Both the position numbers and the translations under genes were made by a program. DNA of 63,650 nucleotides, counting the filler, from Octopus bimaculoides (taxonomy: Eukaryota), in assembly GCF_001194135.2 (NCBI RefSeq). It is 6 parts of 6 records of this genome, joined end to end, with 100 filler letters (N's around TTAATTAATTAA, not from the genome) between each part and the next. Parts side by side here need not be neighbours in the genome. Positions count along the whole stretch, not along the records: positions 1 to 8,555 come from NC_068991.1; positions 8,656 to 33,373 come from NC_068989.1; 4 more parts are not named here. The stretch is one strand, 5' to 3'. The stretch's first letter is position 1, and the number at the start of each line of letters is the position of its first letter. Shown one piece after another: positions 1-10,690 of the stretch. The notes below the pieces were generated by a model. The model saw only the letters and a list, made by a program, of their open reading frames with translations. It was not told the DNA's origin and ran no database searches.

Positions 1-125
1 AGTTCCCATGAGCACTATCTTTTGAACTTCAGCCATTTTGGGATTTCCTGGTATCTGAGCTAGGTAGTAATCAGCTCGTTTCACTGTCATTCCCAGGGCA
101 CCAATGACAATAGGTATTGTTTTAG
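1..125 (-). mobile_element. R4/Dong-like non-LTR retrotransposon, RLE C-terminal fragment
   Basis: Minus strand translates as TKTIPIVIGALGMTVKRADYYLAQIPGNPKMAEVQKIVLMGT. This matches the IPIVIGALG...QK..L.GT end of R4-clade restriction-like endonucleases. Bounded by an (AAT)n tract. Confidence 0.8.
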
Positions 126-127
126 TC

Positions 128-154
<27 letters not shown>

Positions 155-159
<5 letters not shown>

Positions 160-255
160 TAGCTATATTTTTATAACGTGCTTTCACTTCACTACCGAGC
201 GCAGCTCTGTGTGCCTTGGGTATGTGCTGTGGTTTGCTGTGATGCTCTTATGGTT
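155..255 (-). mobile_element. R4/Dong-like 3' UTR fragment between (AAT)n tracts
   Basis: Reverse complement of the 3' UTR at 661-762 (taaccataagagc...gtgaagtgaaagcacg...ctactgaat). Confidence 0.75.
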
Positions 256-257
256 AC

Positions 258-291
<34 letters not shown>

Positions 292-298
<7 letters not shown>

Positions 299-365
299 TC
301 ACTGCCTGGAATCAAAACTCGGAATCTTGGGGTTAGTAGCCTACGCTCTTAACCACTACACTATA
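292..365 (-). mobile_element. tRNA-derived SINE head (family F)
   Basis: Minus strand reads tagtggttaagagcgtaggctactaaccccaagattccgagttttgattccaggcagtgacc, with A and B boxes. Same sequence as 61135-61200. Confidence 0.8.
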
Positions 366-379
366 TGCCCGTGCTTAAA

Positions 380-450
380 TGCGCGGGCTACTAACATAAA
401 AAAGATTCCGAGTTCGATTCCTGGCAGTGACCTGAATAATGATGATAATA
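380..450 (+). mobile_element. tRNA-derived SINE head (family F), inverted relative to 292-365
   Basis: gcgcgggctactaac...agattccgagttcgattcctggcagtgacctgaat followed by (AAT)n. Confidence 0.75.
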
Positions 451-479
451 ATAATACCAACAACAACAATAATAATAAT

Positions 480-762
480 AAGGTAACTCGAATGTGGAAT
501 CTAAAAACAGAAACAATTCCTATCATAGTATGTGCCTTAGATATAAAAAAATTCAGACAAATACATAACAAAAACACCAGGACTTCCAAATATATATAAC
601 ATACAGAAAACTGCACTACTGGGTACTGCACCCATCCTCCTCAAAACACTTTCAATACAGTAACCATAAGAGCGTCACAGCAAACCACAGCACATACCCA
701 AGGCACACAGAGCTGCGATCGGTAGTGAAGTGAAAGCACGCTGTAAAAATAAAACTACTGAA
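480..762 (+). mobile_element. 5'-truncated R4/Dong-like LINE (RLE end plus 3' UTR) in an (AAT)n tract
   Basis: Translates KVTRMWNLKTETIPIIVCAL... then, after a frameshift, IQKTALLGTAPILLKTLSIQ*. About 100 bp of 3' UTR and an (AAT)n tail follow. Confidence 0.8.
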
Positions 763-811
763 TAATAATAATAACTATAATAACGATAATAATAACAACA
801 ACAACAACAAC

Positions 812-847
<36 letters not shown>

Positions 848-1523
848 NNNNNNNNNNNNNNNNNNNNNNNNNNNNNNNNNNNNNNNNNNNNNNNNNNNNN
901 NNNNNNNNNNNNNNNNNNNNNNNNNNNNNNNNNNNNNNNNNNNNNNNNNNNNNNNNNNNNNNNNNNNNNNNNNNNNNNNNNNNNNNNNNNNNNNNNNNNN
1001 NNNNNNNNNNNNNNNNNNNNNNNNNNNNNNNNNNNNNNNNNNNNNNNNNNNNNNNNNNNNNNNNNNNNNNNNNNNNNNNNNNNNNNNNNNNNNNNNNNNN
1101 NNNNNNNNNNNNNNNNNNNNNNNNNNNNNNNNNNNNNNNNNNNNNNNNNNNNNNNNNNNNNNNNNNNNNNNNNNNNNNNNNNNNNNNNNNNNNNNNNNNN
1201 NNNNNNNNNNNNNNNNNNNNNNNNNNNNNNNNNNNNNNNNNNNNNNNNNNNNNNNNNNNNNNNNNNNNNNNNNNNNNNNNNNNNNNNNNNNNNNNNNNNN
1301 NNNNNNNNNNNNNNNNNNNNNNNNNNNNNNNNNNNNNNNNNNNNNNNNNNNNNNNNNNNNNNNNNNNNNNNNNNNNNNNNNNNNNNNNNNNNNNNNNNNN
1401 NNNNNNNNNNNNNNNNNNNNNNNNNNNNNNNNNNNNNNNNNNNNNNNNNNNNNNNNNNNNNNNNNNNNNNNNNNNNNNNNNNNNNNNNNNNNNNNNNNNN
1501 NNNNNNNNNNNNNNNNNNNNNNN

Positions 1524-1574
<51 letters not shown>

Positions 1575-1580
1575 CAACAA

Positions 1581-1700
1581 CATCGAAAAATACCTTAGGA
1601 ATGAGAACCCAGGTTCGAAATGAAGGTTGGAGGGTATATCAGCCGAAACGTGTTAACAACAAACAAGATGAGGACAAATATCCGTCGAATGTAAATAATT
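1581..1700 (+). mobile_element. Body of family F SINE with a deleted hammerhead core
   Basis: catcgaaaaataccttaggaatgagaacccaggttcgaaa...ggagggtatatcagccgaaacgt matches the reverse complement of 60990-61112. Confidence 0.8.
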
Positions 1701-1713
1701 TTTTGGTGATATC

Positions 1714-2100
1714 TTGGGGGATGTCTCCGGCAACAGGCAGCAGAACGTGAGCATTCTCAGAGCTGTGTGCCGTGGCGTGGTGCTGCTGAGAAAGAACTCG
1801 AACAAGGGGGATCAAATAGACAACTTTAAGCCCACAACTCTGCTGAACGCAGATTATAAGATTTTGGTCAAGGTCTTAGCCAAAAGCTTGGCGCTGGTCG
1901 GTGACACGCAGACGTGCAGATTTGAGATAGATTCTGCAGGTAGGGAAGTGACATCAGAGGGATCCGTCCGAGATGTGTGCATGGCGATGAAACTGTTTTG
2001 CATGTACTTGTCCAATATCTAGTGGATGTTGATCGGTTATCAGCCGAGTCCATTTGTGAAGATCACCCGACCGCCTTCTTTTGGCCGGGAATGAAACGCA
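1714..2100 (+). mobile_element. Tx1/L1-clade LINE fragment (RT N-terminal motif)
   Basis: GDQIDNFKPTTLLNADYKILVKVLAKSL resembles the L1/Tx1 NWRPISLLN.DYKI..K.LA.RL motif. Internally deleted. Confidence 0.75.
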
Positions 2101-2148
2101 GTTTGCTTCTGTCTGGTGTACACACACACACACACACACACATATATT

Positions 2149-3185
2149 AATTCTTTATTGCCCACAAGGGGCTAAACATAGAGGGGACAAACAAGGACAG
2201 ACAAAGGGACTAAGTCGATTACATCGACCCCAGTGCGTAACTGGTACTTATTCAATCGACCCCGAAAGGATGAAAGGCAAAGTCGACTTCGGCGGAATTT
2301 GAACTCAGAACGTAACGGCAGGCGAAATACCTATTTCGTTATTGCCCACAAGGGGCTAAACATAGAGGGAACAAACAAGAACAGACGAACGGATTAAGTC
2401 GATTACATCGACTCCAGTGCGTAACTGGTACTTAATTTATCGACCCCGAAAGGATGAAAGGCAAAGTCGACCTCGGCAGAATTTGAACTCAGAACGTAAC
2501 GGCAGACGAAATACCGCTGAGCATTTCTCCNNNNNNNNNNNNNNNNNNNNNNNNNNNNNNNNNNNNNNNNNNNNNNNNNNNNNNNNNNNNNNNNNNNNNN
2601 NNNNNNNNNNNNNNNNNNNNNNNNNNNNNNNNNNNNNNNNNNNNNNNNNNNNNNNNNNNNNNNNNNNNNNNNNNNNNNNNNNNNNNNNNNNNNNNNNNNN
2701 NNNNNNNNNNNNNNNNNNNNNNNNNNNNNNNNNNNNNNNNNNNNNNNNNNNNNNNNNNNNNNNNNNNNNNNNNNNNNNNNNNNNNNNNNNNNNNNNNNNN
2801 NNNNNNNNNNNNNNNNNNNNNNNNNNNNNNNNNNNNNNNNNNNNNNNNNNNNNNNNNNNNNNNNNNCTTAATTTATCGACCCCGAAAGGATGAAAGGCAA
2901 AGTCGACCTCGGCGGAATTTGAACTCAGGACGTAACGGCAGACGAAATACCTATTTCGTTATTGCCCACAAGGGGCTAAACATAGAGGGAACAAACAAGA
3001 ACAGACGAACGGATTAAGTCGATTACATCGACTCCAGTGCGTAACTGGTACTTAATTTATCGACCCCGAAAGGATGAAAGGCAAAGTCGACCTCGGCAGA
3101 ATTTGAACTCAGAACGTAACGGCAGACGAAATACCGCTGAGCATTTCTCCCGGTGTGCTAACGATTCTGCCAGCTCGCCGCCTTT
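2149..3185 (-). mobile_element. Tandem copies of CORE-like tRNA SINE (family A) spanning a gap
   Basis: Repeated ~190-bp units containing cgaccccgaaaggatgaaaggcaaagtcgac and gaatttgaactcagaacgt (B box on the minus strand). Confidence 0.85.
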
Positions 3186-3371
3186 AAACACACACACATA
3201 TGAAACGCGCACGCAAACACATTCACACATACACACGTTATACTTACGATCAATTGATTTTCTGGATCTATGATTTTTTTTTTCAATTGTAGTTCATATG
3301 CTAAAACATTGCTCCTACTGCTGTCGGTGCTGCTGCTACTAATACTTCTGATTCTACAACTACTACTCATA

Positions 3372-3424
<53 letters not shown>

Positions 3425-3920
3425 AATACCTTCCTAATATTTGCACAGTTTTTATGTTGCATGGAAGCTGAGTCCATCGATCTCAGTGTGTCGATACAGT
3501 ACTTAATTTATGGAGCACTAAATGAAGACGAGCAAAGTAAACTCTACAGAACCCTTGAACGTAAAAAGCAGAGCACAAACGATTTTCACAGGTTACCAAT
3601 CAGTTTTGGCGGAAGATCCTTAGTCGATGGCATCGATCCCAGTACTTGATCGTTACATAGAAGTTTAGCAAAAAGAGCCAATAGTTTATTTTATTGATAA
3701 AAAAAAAAAGTAAAGACCATGAGATTTTCACCTAGAAAGTTTCNNNNNNNNNNNNNNNNNNNNNNNNNNNNNNNNNNNNNNNNNNNNNNNNNNNNNNNNN
3801 NNNNNNNNNNNNNNNNNNNNNNNNNNNNNNNNNNNNNNNNNNNNNNNNNNNNNNNNNNNNNNNNNNNNNNNNNNNNNNNNNNNNNNNNNNNNNNNNNNNN
3901 NNNNNNNNNNNNNNNNNNNN

Positions 3921-4162
3921 CCCTGCTGTACTCTTTCACCGCAACTTTCTCTCACTCTTACTTCTTGTTTCTGTTGTGCCTGTAATTCAAAGGGTCAGCC
4001 TTGTCACACTGTGTCACGCTGAATATCCCTGACATCTACGTTAAGGGTACACGTGTCTGTGGAGTGCTCAGCCATTTGTACGTTAATTTCATGAGCAGGC
4101 TGTTCCGCTGATCGGATCAACTGGAACCCTCGACGTTGTAAGCGACGGAGTGCCAACAACAT
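3921..4162 (+). mobile_element. SINE family C, 3' part
   Basis: gtaattcaaagggtcagccttgtcacactgtgtcacgctgaat... also occurs at 6530-6749, 43395-43720 and 56065-56397. Confidence 0.8.
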
Positions 4163-4246
4163 AAGTTCGGACAAGTTTGTTTATGGAAGACCAGCAGTTT
4201 CCCATGCTGGCACATCGAATATGTCGTAAAACACTTCCATGGTGAG

Positions 4247-4325
4247 GGCCGTTTAGCTTAATGGTTTAGAGCACCGCGACGCGTAATCACGGAGGTTTGA
4301 GTTCGAGTCTCATAGCTGGCCGCCA
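4247..4325 (+). pseudogene. tRNA-like sequence (Thr-CGT-like loop) followed by oligo-T
   Basis: GGCCGTTTAGCTTAATGGTTTAGAGC...CGCGTAA...GAGTTCGAGTCTC...GGCCGCCA. A and B boxes are present, the acceptor and anticodon stems have mismatches, and T9 lies at 4330-4338. Confidence 0.6.
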
Positions 4326-4751
4326 ACACTTTTTTTTTCTGCAAAATAGGGGTAGCTTATCCTGTTCAGGCTATATTATTAGCATTATCCTGCATTTGAG
4401 AATTTAAAAATCACTTCTTTAACTTCCATTGGAATTTCCTTCTTTTCTTCTGTATATCTGATGTTTAGAAGTCGCTCATGCTCCCATCGTTGGCCTTTCA
4501 TTAAATACATCATGTGTCCAATTCTTTTAGTCACTACACCATCCTGCCAACTCTCTTTACCGTTCTTGTATACTTTGAAATGGACTTCGTCTCCGACATC
4601 AACATGTTCAGTTGAATGTTTTGTATTTTTTCTATACGCTTTTTTCCTTTGACAACAATTTGTCGAAGATCGAGTTAATCCTTTGAGCGAACATTAGCTC
4701 TGCAGGCAACTTACCTGAGCTGGTATTCGGATTGAACGTTATTCTGTACAC

Positions 4752-5541
4752 CAGTGGTTCCCAATTTTTTTAGAGATGCGACCCACTATTTATAACACCA
4801 GTTTATGGCGACCCACTTAACTCTACTGGGTAAAAACATTAATGAAAGAAACAAATTTATTTCAGATTACATTTCCATTGAGGCCAGTGAGAAGGATGAG
4901 CCTGTTTCTTGCTACGCTCAATAATAGAATTAACATCAGGTTCTATGCATGATAGTTTCAGCCGTAAAGAATTTGAGAGCTGCAGTTTATTTCGAAATTT
5001 GCTTTTAATCCCAACCATTGCTGAAAATCCAGCTTCACAATTATAAGATGACGCGAAGGGAGAAGTACTTTTAATGCTTCGGTGGAAATGATTGGGTACA
5101 GGGTTTGAAGAGACGCCCAGAACTGTACCAATTTTCGGGTGTTAAAGGTCATTTTCAAGGAAGGGTCTTCGGATAAATCCATAAGTTCCTCATCGGCTTT
5201 TGTTGATATTCCAGTCGTCACGTCAGGTTGAAATCGGTTCATAATCCATCTGTTCTGTTGCATAGTATTCATCTCTTCATGAAAATAAAATTCAAAACTT
5301 TCTTTTGCTTCATTATGTATAAATAACTTGAGAAAATGATCACCTCTGATTTGTTAAATTCGTGAAAAAAGCCTATTGCTTGATAAAACAACCAGTCTGG
5401 TATTGAAAACATGAGTCTTGAACTATCTCGATAAACAGCAGTTAATCAAAGCTAATGCGTAATTTTATAACTTTTTGCGACCCACTAGGATTCCGTTCAC
5501 GACCCATCAGTGGGTCGCGACTCATAGTTTGGGAACCACTG
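4752..5541 (-). mobile_element. Non-autonomous hAT (Buster/Charlie-type) DNA transposon
   Basis: TIRs CAGTGGTTCCCAA / TTGGGAACCACTG, with a perfect 8-bp TSD CTGTACAC at 4744-4751 and 5542-5549. Carries a transposase C-terminal remnant (ELMDLSEDPSLK...FW...YPIISTEALKVLLP). Confidence 0.92.
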
Positions 5542-6021
5542 CTGTACACCATTAAGAACTTAGCGCTTTGCCATTTCCTAACTCATTCCTCGCTTGTTTT
5601 AGCGCTCGCTTGAAAGTATCTACGAATCGTTCGGCTTGCCCATTTGACCTAGGATGGTAGGGTGCTTGATTGCATGCATTTTGCAGAATTTCTTGAACTC
5701 GTATCCTGTAAATTGTGTTCCATTGTCCGAGACTATGGTTTCCGGAACACCATATTGAGCAAAAAGTCGAGTGTTAAATAGGGAACTCTTATCACAGAAT
5801 ATTTTTGCTAGTGATTCGGCTATTTCCTGGAAACATATTTCACTAGTTTTTGTGAATAGTATGAAATTACAATATTTTTTATGTTCAGCCGGCACTAATT
5901 TACATAATAATAGTCTTATTTTTTCGTTGTCCGTCCACGACTTGCAATCTTCCCTGAAAATTTCTTCATACCTTCTAAAGTATGCTTCTCTGGGATACAA
6001 CTGAATTCTATTATGGAGTTC

Positions 6022-6338
6022 TGTGGTGTATCGTTTTCCTTCCCTTGCCCGAGTCTGTCCTGCGGTATCCGATCCTCGCAGCTGGCCCGACCCGAAGAAC
6101 GCTAGGAATAGCAGCTGCTTCTCCCAACACCTAGACGATCGCTTGGCACGTCCTCTCGTCACGACAACCCCGCTCGAAAAGGGTACGAAATCCCAACCGA
6201 GGCTCCCTCTTCCCCCTCTTCCTCTTCCAGTCAGCTCCCCATTCCGGTCAGTTCACGGTTCCGGTCAGCGGTCAGCTCCCCAGTTGCTGGCCGTCTGGCA
6301 TAAACGAACTTATTGTGTTCCCGGACTTGTTAAGACAT
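6022..6338 (+). mobile_element. Probable solo LTR inserted in the Gypsy gag
   Basis: GC-rich block starting TGTGGTG and ending ...AAGACA that interrupts gag between QLQEQQWS and ELHNRIQL. No clean TSD seen. Confidence 0.5.
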
Positions 6339-6529
6339 AGCTCCATTGCTGTTCTTGCAACTGTATTACAGAAGCTAATAAGTCTTCCGTCATTAACAAC
6401 TTTTTAATACAAAAATTGGTTAACTGACTTGCATCAGCTTAGAATCCTCGTCACCAACATTGAAACGTAATTACTCGTCGCCAATTATTATAGTATCGCC
6501 ATTATTATTGATGATACTTGTTTGCACTA

Positions 6530-6749
6530 TAACCGTGTTGTTGTTATTGGCACTCCGTCGCTTACGACGTCGAGGGTGCCAGCCTGTTCGTGAAATTAAC
6601 GTGCAAGTGGCTGAGCACTCCAAAGACATGTGTACCCTTAACGTAGTTCTCGGGAATATTCAGCGTGACACAGTGTGACAAGGCTGACCCTTTGAATTAC
6701 AGGCACAACAGAAACAGGAAGTAAGAGTGTTGTGCCTGTAATTCAAAGG
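6530..6749 (-). mobile_element. SINE family C
   Basis: Reverse complement of 3921-4162. Confidence 0.8.
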
Positions 6750-7149
6750 NNNNNNNNNNNNNNNNNNNNNNNNNNNNNNNNNNNNNNNNNNNNNNNNNNN
6801 NNNNNNNNNNNNNNNNNNNNNNNNNNNNNNNNNNNNNNNNNNNNNNNNNNNNNNNNNNNNNNNNNNNNNNNNNNNNNNNNNNNNNNNNNNNNNNNNNNNN
6901 NNNNNNNNNNNNNNNNNNNNNNNNNNNNNNNNNNNNNNNNNNNNNNNNNNNNNNNNNNNNNNNNNNNNNNNNNNNNNNNNNNNNNNNNNNNNNNNNNNNN
7001 NNNNNNNNNNNNNNNNNNNNNNNNNNNNNNNNNNNNNNNNNNNNNNNNNNNNNNNNNNNNNNNNNNNNNNNNNNNNNNNNNNNNNNNNNNNNNNNNNNNN
7101 NNNNNNNNNNNNNNNNNNNNNNNNNNNATATATATATATATATATATAC

Positions 7150-7300
7150 GACGGGCTTCTTTCTGTTTCCGTCTACAAGGCTTTGGTCGGCCCGTGGCTA
7201 TAGTAGAAGACACTTGCCCAAGGTGCCATGCAGTGGGAATGAACCCGGAACCATGTGGTTGGTAAGCAAGCTACTTACCACACAGTCACTCCTGCGCCTA
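7150..7300 (-). mobile_element. tRNA-derived SINE family B
   Basis: Minus strand has a tRNA head (gtgtggtaagtagcttgcttaccaaccacatggttccgggttca) then ccttgggcaagtgtcttctactatagcc. Also at 27015 and 35714. Confidence 0.8.
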
Positions 7301-7662
7301 TTACCACCAAATCTCATTTAAAACCTTATACATTTTACATCCTTCCCCGTTCCTTAATTCCTAATCTTGGAATTCACTGGAACTGCAATATGAAATTTGC
7401 CACTATTTCCTTATTTTCATTTTGTCCTTAATCAGACGTGACGAAGGGATCTCGGCTACTTTTTAAACGATTCCTGTGGCTGTTTCGTACCAGTTCAGGC
7501 GTGTTCCAAATGATCTCATTTCAAATTCATTTCAACCATGAACAGATTTGTATTCTCTTTATATTTAGATGTAGGTGTATCGAGGACCACATAATGCGTT
7601 CTAACTTGAAGTTGTTTGTTTTGGCCTCCCGTCATGTATATACTAGTTTGTTTGTATACGTT

Positions 7663-7698
<36 letters not shown>

Positions 7699-7863
7699 TG
7701 TGCATTTACATATATATGTATGTATATATGTATGTATGTATATACAAGTATATGTGAACGCATACACGGACACACACACACACACATACATATATGTATA
7801 TACACAAATCAATATACATACCAAGACGAAACTGTTTCGCGGATCTATAATATTATTCATGCA

Positions 7864-7891
7864 CTAGCAGAGATACCCGGCGTTGCTCGGG
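7864..7891 (-). mobile_element. Helitron 3' terminus
   Basis: Minus strand: hairpin CCCG-agcaacgc-CGGG, then tatctctg CTAG|T, the canonical Helitron 3' end. Confidence 0.6.
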
Positions 7892-8014
7892 ATTATAGAT
7901 GTTTTGGTCATGTGGCTGGTGTACCACTTTAAGTCGAAGAAACCAACCCCAGGATTTATTCTTTGTAAGCCTGGTACTTATTCTATCGGTGTATTTTGCC
8001 AAACGGCTAACGTG

Positions 8015-8120
<106 letters not shown>

Positions 8121-8194
8121 TATATATATACATATACATATATACATATATTTATATACATATATATATATATACATACAGATATATATATATA

Positions 8195-8555
8195 TGTAGT
8201 GAAACTAACACCTCGATCGCTATTACATACAAAACTACCTATCGCCATTAGATACAAAACTACTATCGCCATTACATACAATCTTCTCATTTAAATATAA
8301 ACAAGCGAGCGTAGCGGAGAACATCAACCTTGTCATCACGTGACTGATTAATATTCGAAGCGGCAACTTCTTCGAACCGTTCCCGCCAGAACGCAAACTG
8401 ACCAATCACGGCCCCTAATAAGGTCACGTGATAGAGTATTTTTCTGAAGCCTTCGGGAGCCGATAGATTGTTATAAATAGCTTTAACTCGGCGGCCAAAT
8501 TGGTCTCGGTTCAGTTTCTCTTAGAGACTGTTCCGTGTACCACACGACAGCAGTA
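8195..8555 (+). promoter_or_regulatory. LTR-like segment with Pol II core promoter architecture
   Basis: Starts TGTAGTG. Contains CACGTG at 8337 and 8425, CCAAT at 8402, TATAAATA at 8472 and TCAGTT at 8511. Runs into a gap. Confidence 0.55.
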
Positions 8556-8600
8556 NNNNNNNNNNNNNNNNNNNNNNNNNNNNNNNNNNNNNNNNNNNNT

Positions 8601-8612
8601 TAATTAATTAAN
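8601..8612. other. Assembly gap spacer TTAATTAATTAA inside N runs
   Basis: The same 12-mer, which has stops in all six frames, sits inside N runs at ~8601, 33418, 42589, 54772 and 62212. It is a technical artefact. Confidence 0.9.
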
Positions 8613-8655
8613 NNNNNNNNNNNNNNNNNNNNNNNNNNNNNNNNNNNNNNNNNNN

Positions 8656-8940
8656 TTTATAATAGTTTTCTAGCTGTATAAGACCCCTGCCACCTTCTGT
8701 GCGTTGTATATATGGCCTTTCTATGTCAGATTTTGGGTGGTGCATCCTATATCCTGTCATTATTTTTCTTGTTTTCCTGTCTATTTTACATAGTTCGTTT
8801 AGTGTCCAGTTAAGGATGTTGTAGCTGTAGCTTATAACTGGGACAGCTAAAGTGTTGATACCCATTATCTTGTTTTTAGCATTGAGCTCTGTTTTTAGTA
8901 TTGATCTAACTTTGAGCTCTGTTTTTAGTATTGATCTAAC
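8656..8940 (-). mobile_element. R4/Dong-like LINE fragment (post-RT region)
   Basis: VRSILKTELNAKNKIMGINTLAVPVISYSYNILNW...IDRKTRK...HHPKSDIERPY..R.EGGRGL. The 5' break abuts (AAT/AAC)n. Confidence 0.85.
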
Positions 8941-8956
8941 TTTATTATTATTATTA

Positions 8957-9030
<74 letters not shown>

Positions 9031-9239
9031 GCTGTTGTTGTTGTTGTTGTTGCTTGTTGTTGTTGTTGTTGTTGTTATTGTTGTTATTTTGATTATTATT
9101 ATTATTACTAAACCGTAGAGCTAGAAAATAGTATTTTCGATGAAAAGCTTAGCGGCATTTCTTCCATCTTTATGCTCTGAGTCCAAATTTTGGTGGGATC
9201 GACTTTGCTTTTCATCCATTGGGGTTGATAAAATAGTCA

Positions 9240-10450
9240 TGAGAAAATTTGTTCTAGATTCCAGGTTGTTGAGTACGTAAACTTGACGGGATTCTTATTA
9301 AACAATATCCCGTATCATCACAATGATGGGAAATGCTTCTCTAGGGTCGCGAAGAATTTCTTCAGGATATTTGTGGCTATTCGGGGCCCGAATGAAGCTT
9401 AATATCAGACTACTTGTTTTGATGCATTTCTCCTTTTCTTAGAGATACTATTTTTCTCTATATTCCTCTTTCTTATTTCGTCGTGGGTTGGTCTGGTCTC
9501 ATTCTGATTAATACTATTTCGACGATTATGGCTGTCTCTATCAACACTCTTTGTCTTCTCCGATTGCGTGTTATTAATCGTAAACCTATCTTATGTGGAG
9601 GGTAGTTAGATTTATTCGTGGATTTACTCAAACCCGTATTACTCTGAGATGTCTTACGTTTATTTATCTTGGCTTATCCTCTCTTTCAGTTTGTTGAGGA
9701 TGTTACCGCGTCCACTGATTCAACCAATAAGGCCCATGCTTTGCTTAGATTTTTAAATATCTTCTTCTCATTAGTCCTGGTGTTTCTTCATCTATTATTG
9801 TCATGGTAGATACCACAATTATAACATGTTCAATCTTCAGCGTTATTATCCTTGACGAGATTGCTATTTGAGATATATTAAACATTTTTCGCCGAAACCC
9901 GTTGCCGCTAGGACTAAGTTGTAATATCTCCCATGCATTTTTAATATATCTTCGTTCGCTGAAACTTTAGATATTCTAATAGACTGTCTCCTTCACAATA
10001 GAGTGTATGATGTTTTAGGATGATTTTAGTTGCGAATGACGTACTTAAGTTTCAAGTTTTGCTTGTGAAATGGTTAATGCAGCCCAATAACAAGATAGAG
10101 TAAACAACCAACCTTAACAGTATCGAGATAGTAAAGCCAAACCCATTAAAGAATTTAGTCAGATTTTTCTTGTACCTTTCAATGTTGCTTTTCTTACTCT
10201 TTCGTATTGTAAACAATGCATCATCCCGGTATAATCCACTCCCAATTCAGAAAACTCGCCGTTTATTCATTTTAGAATATATATACCCACTAAATACGTC
10301 TCCTAAGCAGAGACGCTCTATCACATTCTGATATCGAAGTTGTTGGGTTTCTCCTTCCTATCGAAAGCTTACTTTCTTATTCGATAATAGTTTTCTTAGG
10401 TTCTAATATGGTGTCAATTTCGTTCTTAGTTACTCGAGAGTTTTTTCTGC
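9240..10450 (-). mobile_element. Decayed Penelope-like element (RT and linker)
   Basis: GSGLYRDDALFTIRKSKKSNIERYKKNLTKFF at ~10130-10245 (YRDD catalytic motif). Downstream FF.TLEKHFP...LFNKNPVKFTYSTT motif. Multiple frameshifts. Confidence 0.8.
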
Positions 10451-10479
10451 ACAAAATGGGCGTCCTATTTAGGATAGGA

Positions 10480-10690
10480 GGGTGACAAGCTGGCAGAAGC
10501 GTTAGCTCACCGGGAAAAATGCTTAGCGGCATTTCGTCTGTCTGTACGTTCTGAGCTCAAATTCCGCTGAAGTTGACTTTGACTTTCATCCTTCCAGGGT
10601 CGATAAAGCAAGTACTGGTTGAGTACTGAGTTCGATGGATTCAACTTGCCCCATCCCTGGAACTTTCTGGCCTTGTGCCAAAATTTGTAA
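10480..10690 (+). mobile_element. CORE-like tRNA SINE (family A)
   Basis: gctggcagaagcgttagc...gagctcaaattcc...gactttcatccttccagggtcgataaa. Confidence 0.8.

Larger units (their letters stand above)
4440..6490 (-). mobile_element. Internally deleted Gypsy (Ty3) LTR retrotransposon
   Basis: Gag motif EAYFRRYEEIFREDCKSWTDNEKIRLLL. Integrase motifs LFAQYGVPETIVSDNGTQF, YHPRSNGQAERFVDTFKRAL and VYR...PAELMF. PBS-like ttggcgacgag and ttggtgacgagg at ~6447-6486. Confidence 0.85.
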
